DNA of 63,690 nt, the filler included, from Dicyema japonicum (taxonomy: Eukaryota; Animalia; Dicyemida): assembly GCA_011109175.1 (NCBI GenBank). It is 12 parts of 12 records of this genome, joined end to end, with 100 filler letters (N's around TTAATTAATTAA, not from the genome) between each part and the next. Parts side by side here need not be neighbours in the genome. Positions count along the whole stretch, not along the records: positions 22,296 to 46,618 come from RDEW01000175.1; 11 more parts are not named here. One strand, 5' to 3'. Positions 24,975 to 35,899 of the stretch are shown piece after piece. The position numbers and the translations under genes were made by a program. The notes beneath the pieces were generated by a model. That model was not told the DNA's origin. It did not search any database and was given only the letters and a program-made list of their open reading frames with translations. Position 1 is the stretch's first letter, and each line of letters begins with the position of its first letter.

Positions 24975-25769
24975 GACGCTACAATATAAGAGGGAACAAG
25001 TATTAGGGATTGTGATATATTATAGAAATATACGTGCTTATCTCCAAGAGGTTATGTTTGTTTGATAATGAGTAGTACTCCGATGAATATGTGTCCAGAC
25101 GGTATTAGTGCTCATTATTAATTCATAGCTTCCATCTCAGTTTCAGCCATACAGGTGAATTTGCTGTATTACTATTTATAGATTACGTAGGGCTCATTAG
25201 AAACGTCAAACCCATTACTCGGCCCACCACCCCGACTACCACCCCGACAACCACCACCCCGACTACCACCACCCCGACAACCACCACCCCGACAACCACC
25301 ACCCGGACTACCACGATTACACCCAGCACTCCGAGTACGATTCTGAAAGGTTATATTGAATAAAACTATTGTTAGAGAATATAATAAAACAAACCGAAAA
25401 AGTGTTAAAGGAGGAAAAGAACAAGACGAAAGTGATATAGACATGTGTATATTAGATCATAAAATCATGGATGATATTATTAAAACGAACTACGTGGAGG
25501 AACAAGATATATCCACGTACATTATTCGCATAAACAGCAGGTTTCACAAAATTTGTGAGGAACCCATCGAAAATGCCGAGAACTTTGAAATTTCGAATGA
25601 GAAAGTGCGCATAATTGACAAAGTCGTGCGAGCACATCATCATATGAATTGGATGAGCAAGATATCCAATGTGATCTCACATTTGAGACAAAAACAGACA
25701 TACACGGTGCATTTTAGATTTATTCCTCTCAGTGAGAACTGTGTACTGGAACGATACGACAACTTTTAA
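24975..25769 (+). CDS. Unknown multi-exon protein with Thr/Pro-rich mucin-like repeat
   Basis: Four consecutive 25-27-nt GT-AG introns splice in frame into ...DYVGLIRNVKPITRPTTPTTTPTTTTPTTTT...; 15-bp repeat unit. One frameshift is needed to reach the terminal 137-aa ORF. Confidence 0.5.
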
Positions 25770-27399
25770 ATCCAAAGAGCCCCAAATATTGCCTCGAAAG
25801 TCTTCTCAGTGAGTTGCAAGAGGAAACAAATTTAACAGTCAAAATTACATTTCCGGTGAGTCATACATTTGTATTGCTTAGACTAATTGGACTAACTTGA
25901 CTTGCGTATATTTCGACAGAACAGCTCACTGTGGAGTACGACTGGGGGACGACGTTGTTTACTNNNNNNNNNNNNNNNNNNNNNNNNNNNNNNNNNNNNN
26001 NNNNNNNNNNNNNNNNNNNNNNNNNNNNNNNNNNNNNNNNNNNNNNNNNNNNNNNNNNNNNNNNNNNNNNNNNNNNNNNNNNNNNNNNNNNNNNNNNNNN
26101 NNNNNNNNNNNNNNNNNNNNNNNNNNNNNNNNNNNNNNNNNNNNNNNNNNNNNNNNNNNNNNNNNNNNNNNNNNNNNNNNNNNNNNNNNNNNNNNNNNNN
26201 NNNNNNNNNNNNNNNNNNNNNNNNNNNNNNNNNNNNNNNNNNNNNNNNNNNNNNNNNNNNNNNNNNNNNNNNNNNNNNNNNNNNNNNNNNNNNNNNNNNN
26301 NNNNNNNNNNNNNNNNNNNNNNNNNNNNNNNNNNNNNNNNNNNNNNNNNNNNNNNNNNNNNNNNNNNNNNNNNNNNNNNNNNNNNNNNNNNNNNNNNNNN
26401 NNNNNNNNNNNNNNNNNNNNNNNNNNNNNNNNNNNNNNNNNNNNNNNNNNNNNNNNNNNNNNNNNNNNNNNNNNNNNNNNNNNNNNNNNNNNNNNNNNNN
26501 NNNNNNNNNNNNNNNNNNNNNNNNNNNNNNNNNNNNNNNNNNNNNNNNNNNNNNNNNNNNNNNNNNNNNNNNNNNNNNNNNNNNNNNNNNNNNNNNNNNN
26601 NNNNNNNNNNNNNNNNNNNNNNNNNNNNNNNNNNNNNNNNNNNNNNNNNNNNNNNNNNNNNNNNNNNNNNNNNNNNNNNNNNNNNNNNNNNNNNNNNNNN
26701 NNNNNNNNNNNNNNNNNNNNNNNNNNNNNNNNNNNNNNNNNNNNNNNNNNNNNNNNNNNNNNNNNNNNNNNNNNNNNNNNNNNNNNNNNNNNNNNNNNNN
26801 NNNNNNNNNNNNNNNNNNNNNNNNNNNNNNNNNNNNNNNTGGGCGTAATGTCAGTCCCTAGTGGCGTGAGGCCACTAGGGCAGCTCAGCTAATGATATCC
26901 CATTCGGCATATCTGGGAGGGTTCTGTTCTTATCAACCCAGTTGCTCCAAATTGATGCTAACCGCACAAACAAGTTTCTTGTTGTTGTGCACGTTGAGGA
27001 AAGAGGACTCGTTTGTGCACGTTGAGGAAAGATGACTGAGACGTACTACTCCATCACAGTTATGAGGGACACAATCTCATCCCCTTTCTGGAGTCTCCGC
27101 AAGTTGATGATGTCTCGGTAAGGTCTTCTCTCAATTGCCAAATAGTTCTCTTTCGAAAGCGTGGACTTGGCGATGGCCAACTCCCTCGCACAGGCCTCTC
27201 CTCAAAACTTAGTCTTCACACATACCCGCGGTCCCTACCCGTCCCTCTCTCGCTTCAGCTCATTCACGTTCTTTCGGCAGTCCCCGAATTGTCTCCTCGG
27301 ACTCACTGTCTTCCTAAGTGTTTTTATCGCAGTTCCTGTATGGTTTCTTCCAGCTCAGAGTTGAAAGAAAGGTTGATCCGAAAAATTGAAACTTCTCAC

Positions 27400-28033
27400 A
27401 TTCGCTCCAAAGAGGTGGAATCTTGTTACGAGACTAAAACAGGAACAATGGTCAGCAAAATCAAGTCCCTGGAGCAAGAACGGGGTTTGATATCAAGACG
27501 AAACAGCAATAAATCAATTTTCCGATTGTCGTTTTCAAGAGAAAGACACCTGTTGACTGATACATCGGCAAATAAGTTATCCTACTTGTGTTAGTCCGTC
27601 ACCCTGTGGTGGCGTAAACACGGTAGTTATTAACAAACCGTCAGCTAAGGAGTCTACACACAAACAGAGAAACCCAGCAAACGTCATTAAGAAAGCACTC
27701 TGGGAGTTTGTGTTTGAAATGAGGAGTTGGAATATAGTCTGACAGTGCAGAGACAGGAAAAAGACCAGTGAATAAAAAAAGAACAGCGTTGGGGGTCGAG
27801 TTAAAAACAGTCGACAACAAGCCGTCGTGTGAAGACTCAAAGACGTAGATCATCAAATTGGTGTACTTTAAGCCAAAGCTGGAGGAGTGAGTGAGATGTT
27901 TAAAGTGAGTGGCCTCAAATTTGTTGTCAGTACGTTTGATGAAAATGACTGTACTTTCACTGGACTGGACAGTACACGTCGAAGGCATTGGACAAATAAA
28001 AGTAGGACGACCGCCTACACTCCCCGTCATCAA
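27400..28033 (-). CDS. Hydrophobic multi-pass membrane protein fragments, possibly ZIP (SLC39) family
   Basis: AVLFLFTGLFPV and LCLCVDSLADGLLITTVF weakly resemble ZIP TM1 and TM4. No HELPHE motif seen. Confidence 0.2.
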
Positions 28034-28194
28034 TCACATGTTCTGAAACTCCTCGATGGAGTCACACAAGCAGTGAATAAAGTCATATGTGGACATAAAC
28101 TCCACCAATTGGCACTACCAGTCATACCCTGTTCGGTAGTGCTCGCAGCACTCAATTCGTTAAATCAGAATAAAAAATTAATAGAAAAAATCAA

Positions 28195-29635
28195 CTAAAT
28201 GAGCCAATAATAACGAGAAATCAATGAACTAAATAATATATCCAAGTCAAGTTTTTTCTTCGACTTGACCTCTTGGATTCCATCAAGAAAGTCGATATGA
28301 TAGATTGTATCCTGCTCCTTCCTCAGCGCAATCATCCCCTTAAAGAATAACCCACAACGCCAATACTGCCTCAATGCACACAGCACGACACTGTGACCCA
28401 TTAAAGTCCTCCGTCGACCTTGCAGCTCAAAGTAGTTGACATCCTTACTAATTTCTTATAACAACTCAAAAAACCCCATAGTCATCTTCCTCGAATGAAT
28501 TTGAAGAATACGAAGACGAGCCTCCTCATTCGGGTTAGGAAATTCGATTTTCTTGTCAAATCGTCCTGACCGGAGCAAGGCCGTGTCCAGAATATCGACT
28601 CTGTTGGTTGCTGCGATCACTTTAACGTCCGTGTTAGGCAGGAATCCGTCCATTTTGAACAACAACTCAATCATCGTTCTCTACACTTCTCGGTCTCCAG
28701 TTTTCTCGCTGTCAACCTCTTAGTCCCTGAAATCACTCAAACACTAAAACCAATGGCGTCAGTTCGTCTATAAAGATTATGGGAGCCTTTTCTTTGGCCA
28801 AACTTGAAGGTATCCTCACCATTTTTGCCCCATCGACGATAAACATTTGCACAAGCTGAGGACCGGCTAATTTTAGGAATGTCGACTTCGTCTGGGATGC
28901 ACATGCCCGAGCCATCAGCGTCTTCCCTGTACCGGGACACCGTAGAGGAGCTTCCCAATATGAGTACCCACCCTTAGGAGGCTGGATTCCAAGAGACTCG
29001 AATTTATCTTTATGTTCATTGGAGTACTACAGCTTCTATCAGCTCTTCAATTTGTTTTTCGAGCCCCCAATGTCACTATACTCCTCCGTAGGTCTCTCGT
29101 CTACTTCCATTGCCTTTACTCTCGAATCATACCTTATTTTATAAATAATATAATACTCTCTTGAAAGCTTTTTCCAAAATAAGATAACTGTCCTTGTTGA
29201 CCCCTAAAATTAAAACACGTGGACACATACGACAAGATCATCCGGTTTTAGATCCTCAGGCTCGACTAGTCCAATGACTAAAAGAAAGTATGTCTGCCGG
29301 GTTGAGGTCTTTACGATGGCACATTTTCCTTTTCGCTGTGAGTCCAAGTTAATTGTGGCCCCTTCTTCTCAAATTGGTCATTATCCAACTCGAGGATCTA
29401 AGGATGAGGTCAAATAGAACCTCAGCGACGTTGGAAACCAAATTATGGGAGCATTCGGTTAACTTTCAGCTTTTCTTTGCTCCTCCGTATTTTTGTTTTT
29501 CATGAACTGAATGTCGTATTTGAGGGTCTACATCTCAGAGCGCATGCACTGTAGTTTGATTATGGTGGATTATACGAATATTTCATCTTCTATTAGTTTT
29601 GTCCATCCTTTTATCTCTCGGTAGGGATTTGAAAT
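28195..29635 (-). pseudogene. PSMC3: 26S proteasome AAA-ATPase Rpt5 (regulatory subunit 6A), intron-containing and disrupted
   Basis: [93 protein letters not shown]|GMIALR. In-frame TAG at 29528-29530, several indels, and the 5' end abuts a hAT insertion. Identity is secure; pseudogene status is about 0.6. Confidence 0.85.
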
Positions 29636-29651
29636 AGATCCTTATCTAGAG

Positions 29652-29706
29652 CAGCGTTTCTCAACGGGGTCCCAAGAAAAAATAAAGAGGTCCCCAGGAA
29701 ACGCTG
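29652..29706. mobile_element. 55-bp miniature hAT (Buster-type) element with TIRs and 8-bp TSD
   Basis: CAGCGTTTC...GAAACGCTG perfect 9-bp TIR, flanked by atctagag / atctagac. Confidence 0.8.
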
Positions 29707-30676
29707 ATCTAGACGTTACATTCACTCAATGACAATTAATTNAATTAAGGGAATAAATCCAATAATTGATGTATATATTTATTTAATAGATTAAACACTC
29801 AAATGGGGAAAAGTCTATAGTCGGGATGGACAGGATTAAAAAACTTAATTAAATTAATTATTTTTGTAGTTGATAAATCAATAATAAGATTGTTTGAAGT
29901 TTATCGATAAATTGGCAGATAAATCAATAATAAGATTGTTTGAAGTGTAACGCGCATCCCATACGTATCATTTGGCCCATGTCACATAATATAATTCTGA
30001 AAAATCTATTAAAAAACATTATTTATCTATAAATTTATTAAAAAGCAAATTTAAATTGTTAAACTGTGCATAAATCTAAAGAAAATAGCGAACCTTCAAT
30101 TTTGGGGAAACCTCTGTTTTTAGGAAATTTTTTTAAATAGGTGCCCCAAATAGAGGTCATACTGTATTATCTGAAAGATTGCTACTGTAAAATTATTTCA
30201 CAAATATTAAAACAAAGTTCGGCAGTGAAACCACACATGGTACTTATGAAGCATTTTTTACTTGCCTGGAAAGCGATTGATCTCAAAATATCGAACGTGC
30301 ACATAGTACGTACAGACTAGTGCAATAACTTTTCAAGATGAAGACTAAAAAGACAAACTATATACTCTTGACCTTTTTAGGATTAAAGTAATATTTATTC
30401 ATTTTAAAAATCTGTAAAAATAAGAAGTTATTTATCAGCTTAAAGAGGATACTTTGTTGGACGTTAAACCTCTGTCAATTAAATGACATCTCAGATTTCT
30501 AGAAATTACAATTATTGAGAAAAGGCTACGAATTTATAAATCGCGAAGGAGTTTAGAAGTAACAGGTGTTGCAGGTTAAACAAAAGTTAGGATAAACCTT
30601 TTATTGAAATGGGATGGTAGTGACAGTAGTATAAATGTTAAATGGTAAGATTTGAAATGGATCCTTTATCTAGGAT

Positions 30677-30708
30677 CCGGCCCCCGGGCCGTACTTTGGT
30701 GACCTCTG
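30677..30708. mobile_element. Isolated hAT Charlie/Buster-type right end
   Basis: ccggcccccgggccgtactttggtgacctctg followed by atctagag; resembles the GGCCCGCGGGCCGTAGTTTGCCGACCCCTG ends of Charlie-like elements. Confidence 0.6.
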
Positions 30709-31159
30709 ATCTAGAGGTTACATTCACTCAATGACAATTAATTTTAAAAAACTTTAAAGAGTACTAAAAATTAAAAACTTTAACGATAAAGTTGTCAAAA
30801 AAAGAATCGCCCATTAATTTCTTAATAAGTATCTTCTCGAGATTTGAAGAGCATTGAATTGAATGATTAAAACACTTCTAATGTTCTACAATGTATTTCG
30901 ATATGAGTGGGGGTTCAAGTACACTCGTTGTTATTAAAGCATCCGTCTACTTTGTAGGACATGCGAGAAGTCATGTTACGAAGTCTCTTCTCACTTCTAC
31001 TGGAGAGATTGTGTTTTTATCAAATCGGAGCAGTGCAGGTGGTTGGCAATGTAAGGTCTGGCTACTTACGCGCAATAAATCGGACAGTCTATCAATCAAA
31101 GAAAAAAGTTTAAAATTAAAGGATTTTAACAATTATTCAAATTACTATTTCCTCTTACT

Positions 31160-32612
31160 CTAAAACATTGATTTTTGTGGATTAGATGGCACGTGCTTTA
31201 TAAATCTAGTAATATATACCCAAATGTCTACTTTTCGGGAATACTTCAACGAAACAAGAGTTTGGTCTAAATCACTCCACTTCGAAGATATACTGACCAA
31301 AAATACAACCAAACACCCAGGCACCAAAGTCTGTTCCATATGATTTGTCAGCCTGGTCTTGGGACGTGGAATGGCTGTGTTCTTGCGAGCCAGAGCACAA
31401 AGCAGTTCGTTAAAGTCGTCAATTGATAGATCCACTGTGTTCCAGACAAGTCCACTAATGTAAATAATCCATTCCTCTCCGCCTTCTTATTCCATATTGT
31501 GAATTGGAATACGCGATGGACTCCGGACCTCTTCTCCTTAAACTCGGGGACAAAGATATCCTCATCCAGACATAGAGAAAACACCTCCTCTTCTAAAATA
31601 GAGATTTGGCTGCTATTTTTATGCAAGTCTATCATGTCGCCATCTTCAAAATCCAGTGCAGAGAGAAACACGTCACACTCTCCCCCGATTCTCTTCACTT
31701 CACTTGTATGCTTTTTTATTTCTTCAATAGACTGGAGTAGTAATTTTTCCGGCGTTTGTCCATATGCACAAACGCACACATTGTGTCCCCACACGGCTGC
31801 TCTGAGTAGAGCATGGTCAACACAAAAGTCTCCGCACACCACGATGTCAAAGTTGTAATTAGTTTGACGTATATCTTTCCCTACATTCGACTTTTGGTGA
31901 ATGAAAGTGATTATACTTGTTTAAGAGGAAGACTATTTATTGAGATTTGTTTGCAATTGATGACCTTTATCGCCTCGGCACAATTGGGAGCATTCACAAG
32001 ACAAACTACTCTCACACACCCCTGAAACCTCATCATAATAAGACTTCCTTTAAAAATTCCACTTTCATTGATAATTTAACAATTTCCATCATTACTTTCT
32101 TTAACTGATCACTCCTCGTAGCCCAATCGGCCGAGAGGACCTGGGCTTTCTTATTTGACTGACACTGTCCAGCCTAGGGTGAGAGAACTAGAGTACATTT
32201 AACAATTCAGTCTGTGTTGTTATTCTTTCAACATTCTCTGTTTGTCTTAGCGTCTGTTCGATTATTAACTGCTTATCCTTCTCCAGTGATTTTAATTCGT
32301 TTTCTATGGATATTTCTCGGAGTCCAATGTCGTTGAGTTGTTGTTTTAATAGTCTTAACATGAATATTAATTAATACGAGATTTTGCTAGTCAGTTGAGT
32401 GGAGTTCTTTTCATTTTTTAAACAGATCTCCGTCTTCTCCTGATTTATTGACTCGAATTTCAACTCCAAGTCATCAAGGCGACCTCTTATATCCCACGGT
32501 TTCTTTCAACCTGTTTTTTAATTGCTGTCGTCTTTCGAACCATTGGGTTAGTGGATTTTTTAGCCTGAAATACAAATAAAATATATACTTCTTTATCACG
32601 GCTAGTTCTCAT
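31160..32612 (-). CDS. Kinesin-14-like protein: N-terminal coiled coil plus C-terminal degenerate motor-homology domain
   Basis: Neck-like FLRKSYYDEV..GCVRVVCLV, then NYNFDIV, GHNVCVCAYGQT, GLFTLVDLSG, ALARKNTAIPRPKTRLT and DQTLVSLKYSRKV. Introns of 23-26 nt; about 3 frameshifts. Confidence 0.75.
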
Positions 32613-32804
32613 AACACAACAACAAATATTCAAGCGCGTAATTTATTAAAATTATTGAATAAAATTAAAAACGTGCTAATCAGTTGAGATATGCTTTTAA
32701 TAATAATTGAACTTTAATCCTTAATTTAATCAGACACACATTCAACCTATCCAAATCTAAATACTTCAAGAACCTCCCCCGGAAATCGATGAATCAGAAT
32801 TGCT

Positions 32805-33091
32805 ATGCCAAAAAAGAAACGCGTGATTCTCGCTGACTTCGCTGCGGACATCACCCCTGTCTTGGACACGACTACACGGGGAAAAACCAGAAAGAAGGCC
32901 CTGTCACATATGCAACTCCAATCCGATCTCCGTCCACCATTTGTTCTCCTGTCCTGGACCACCGGAAATGTCGTTACCACACGCAGCGCTTCGGATCTCT
33001 GGGAGCGCCCGGCCCTCGCTATGCGCCACTTAATAGCCGCCGGCTTCCTGCATGTCAGGGAGTTGGGGGCTACTAACTAACTAACTAACTA
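32805..33091 (+). mobile_element. 3' end of a Jockey/I-like non-LTR element with (TAAC)n tail
   Basis: HHLFSCPGPP...DLWERPALAMRHLIAAGFL, then actaactaactaactaactaa. Confidence 0.65.
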
Positions 33092-33106
33092 AATCTCAAC
33101 TAAAAT

Positions 33107-34010
33107 ATGGCTGACCAGCTTCCTCTCAGGAAGACTCGGTCGTACAGAATTCATGAAAAAAAATCTCGATTCCGCTACCTGCCAAATGGCGTACCACAGG
33201 ACTCTTCTCTCTTCCCTTTACTCTTCAATCTCCATTTGAGGCGACATGCCTACCGACAAAGCAACACTACTCTTGAGTTACGCAGACGACATTGTGATTG
33301 CCTCAAACATCGGCAAATCACTGAAGCCACAGTCAGGCTCCAAATACACCTGGACTGTCTCACCAATTGGCTAAGACTTAACCACATGATGCCTTCCCCG
33401 TCAAAATCATCTGTGACCTTAGTCACATCCGACCGACGACAGTTTAACGCCAGCCCTGATCTATATATATACAACGGAAAACTACCCGTCCTCAAACACC
33501 CCAGAATTTGGGGTGTTATTTTCGACCAATGCCTTTCCTTTCTCAGCACATTGACTTCACATGCAGTAAAGTCAAACGCAAACTAAACGCGTTAAAGCCA
33601 TATCATTGCCACTTTTGAGACTACTCTCAAAAGTACCTCCCCGAAAAACGGGTTAACTATGTCTAAGCAGATGCACAACCACATTTCCACTCAGGCCATC
33701 AGATTTCTCGAACACAATAAACTACTAGACTCCCCTTATCGATTAATCCTAATCATTGCTAAACAGAAAAATTCGTGTATAACTATCAAAGATCCGCTCA
33801 GGCCACCATCCCCTCCTCTACAGACCGCAATCACTGCGTGAACCCAGATGACCTTTTCTCATGCCCTGGGCCACCCAAATCGTCTCCCCACCACGGGCTC
33901 CGTGAGCTGTGGGAACGGTCGGCCTCCGCCGCTCGCTTTTTACTTGCTGCTGGTTTCCTACAAGATAGCGAAACCGGAGATCAACTAACTAATTATAGTT
34001 AACTAAATTA
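33107..34010 (+). mobile_element. 5'-truncated related non-LTR element (RT remnant plus 3' end)
   Basis: LPNGVPQDSSLFPLLFNL, SYADDI, SPSKSSVTL and PRIWGVIFD, then DDLFSCPGPP...ELWERSASAARFLLAAGFL and a degenerate AACT tail. Confidence 0.75.
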
Positions 34011-34249
34011 TCTAATTAGGAGTCCAGATCGTCGGTGATTTCTTTCTTCGCTTGGAAAAAGAGTTTGCCACAAACTTCTTTTTCTTTTCAATTTTTGTGT
34101 CAAGGTTTTTGTCCAGCTGAGTGTTCTCGCGACATGCCAGCTCCACAAGTTGGTTGGCGGCAGATGCGTACTCTTCATNCTCCTTTTCTACTTTTATTCC
34201 GTGTCTGTATTCAATGAGCATACTTTCGAGCGTTCTAATCCACAAAGAA

Positions 34250-34760
34250 ATAATAATATTTATTTAGTGAATTAAGCGTTTTTGCGTAGCCTGTCTAGGT
34301 CCTCTGCCGCCAGCAATTTTCGTCCAATTTTTGCGTTGTCTACTTTTAAACAAGTTGGGAGGAAGATTCTTGGTCTTCCTCGGAATCCATTACTTTCAGT
34401 GCGAAGATAATCTTTCGTTATAGTCTATGAATATGTCCAAATAGCCGCCATCTCGATAAAGTCACTTCATGCTGATTGGTCTAAAATAGTTTTTCGTTTA
34501 AAATTTTTCTTGGTCAAAAGATTTCATTCAGTTTGAAGAGTTGGCTTTTTTGAAAGGTGTAAAGTTTCTCTAAAGCATTTTTGAAGGCTCCCATGTTCCA
34601 ATATTGGCTTCACAAACTAATCGTATATTCTTATACGAAGTCTCAGTAATATTTGCTTTTTTTCTTATCCAGATGTTGTACATTTTTTTAAGTATATGGT
34701 ATCAAGCATTTCCTTCGACAAATATCCTCAGCATCACCTAATGGTTACCCGAGTTTTTTT
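34250..34760 (-). mobile_element. Degenerate 3' RT portion of an RTE-like element
   Basis: YNIWIRKK...GTWEPSK and FRGRPRIFLPT parallel the C-terminus of the 8684-11039 element. Confidence 0.5.
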
Positions 34761-35611
34761 GTGCCTCCAGCATTCATCAATAATAATATTTGCTGTATTT
34801 AATTATTTTTTGTTGCTAAAATGTATTTCTGTTAAAATCGTATTTAAACGTAGTAATTATTGAATATAATGGCAGTTACAAAAATCAATTTCATTGTCAA
34901 TAAAAGATTTTAAGGGACTTACCAATACATATCATTTTTTCTATAAACCACAATTCAGAATGATAATGTATTCACGTTAAATTAAATCTACTAAAACAAA
35001 TTTGTTTTGAACCAGACTGTAGGTAACCAGACAAAGACAAATTCAGTAATTAATCTGCAATGATTCCATTTTCTTAACTAGAAATTCTGCAGGTAAACAA
35101 CGAGCTAGATCCCCAACTAGATTAAAAAGATTATTCAGGAGATTATACAGTTTGTTAATAATTAAACAAATCGACACTATTAGTTCTTTAGAGATATTTT
35201 GTCAACTGCCTGTACTGGAATGCTTCATACGAGATCAGACCGCAGACATTTATTATCACAAAAATGTCTTTTTGATATGAACTAATAAGAATGAAGTTAT
35301 TCCTGAAAAATGAATGGTACGATGGAGACTATAATTCTGTAATGGTGAATCCAATGTTATATTTGAGGAATATAAAATGTGTCCTTCTATTGATGAATTC
35401 TTCAAATCGTTATCCTCAGATTTTTGGCTATATAAACTAGTTTTTGTTATATTCGTTAAAAATTAATTCTATCTATTTCAAGGTGGTTAACCAATTTATA
35501 TTCATTGTTCCCGAACATTCCTGGCAATTAATTACTCAAGAGAACCCCGTTATTCGTTACTATTCGATATCGGTTACGATTTCCTTAATTAGCGAATTAT
35601 TCTAATTAAAT

Positions 35612-35899
35612 TTAGTTGACACAATTATTATATTTTATATAAAAGAAAGCAAGTCGTCCGTAATAAAAGTAAATAAAATGATTCTTACAATAAGTTACAT
35701 AGCTCCCAAATTCCTGCCCCACCACACATTGCCAAATCGGACTGTGCAGGAGATCAAACTCATTTTTAATAAACACAGCAATGTCCCTTTCTGAATCACT
35801 TTGCTCCAATGCTCTTTTAGCACAGTCGATAGCTTCCTGCTGAAGGGACTCCGACATATCCACAAGTCTTACTACAGGATGTCTATCTTCCAATAGCAT
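35612..35899 (-). CDS. DYNLL: Dynein light chain LC8 family, divergent and intronless
   Basis: DMSESLQQEAIDCAKRALEQ...ERDIAVFIKNEFD...PIWQCVVGQEFGSYVTYCKNHFIYFYYG. Confidence 0.9.
   Translation of the reverse strand: MLLEDRHPVVRLVDMSESLQQEAIDCAKRALEQSDSERDIAVFIKNEFDLLHSPIWQCVVGQEFGSYVTYCKNHFIYFYYGRLAFFYIKYNNCVN

Noticed and set aside
25172-25444. Gly/Cys/Arg-rich GGCRG ORF on the minus strand
   Set aside because: Splice signals on both sides are all on the plus strand; it is a shadow of the Thr-rich repeat.
2873-26892. Long poly-X ORFs (2873-3937, 5852-6524, 25897-26892 etc.)
   Set aside because: They are translations of N gaps.
26880-27350. Protein-kinase-like fragments (TGTAIK, REL, TVMEY) on the minus strand
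   Set aside because: No HRD or DFG motif, many stops; not supportable.
35280-35430. LDL-receptor class A-like remnant
   Set aside because: Cys spacing is incomplete and split across frames.
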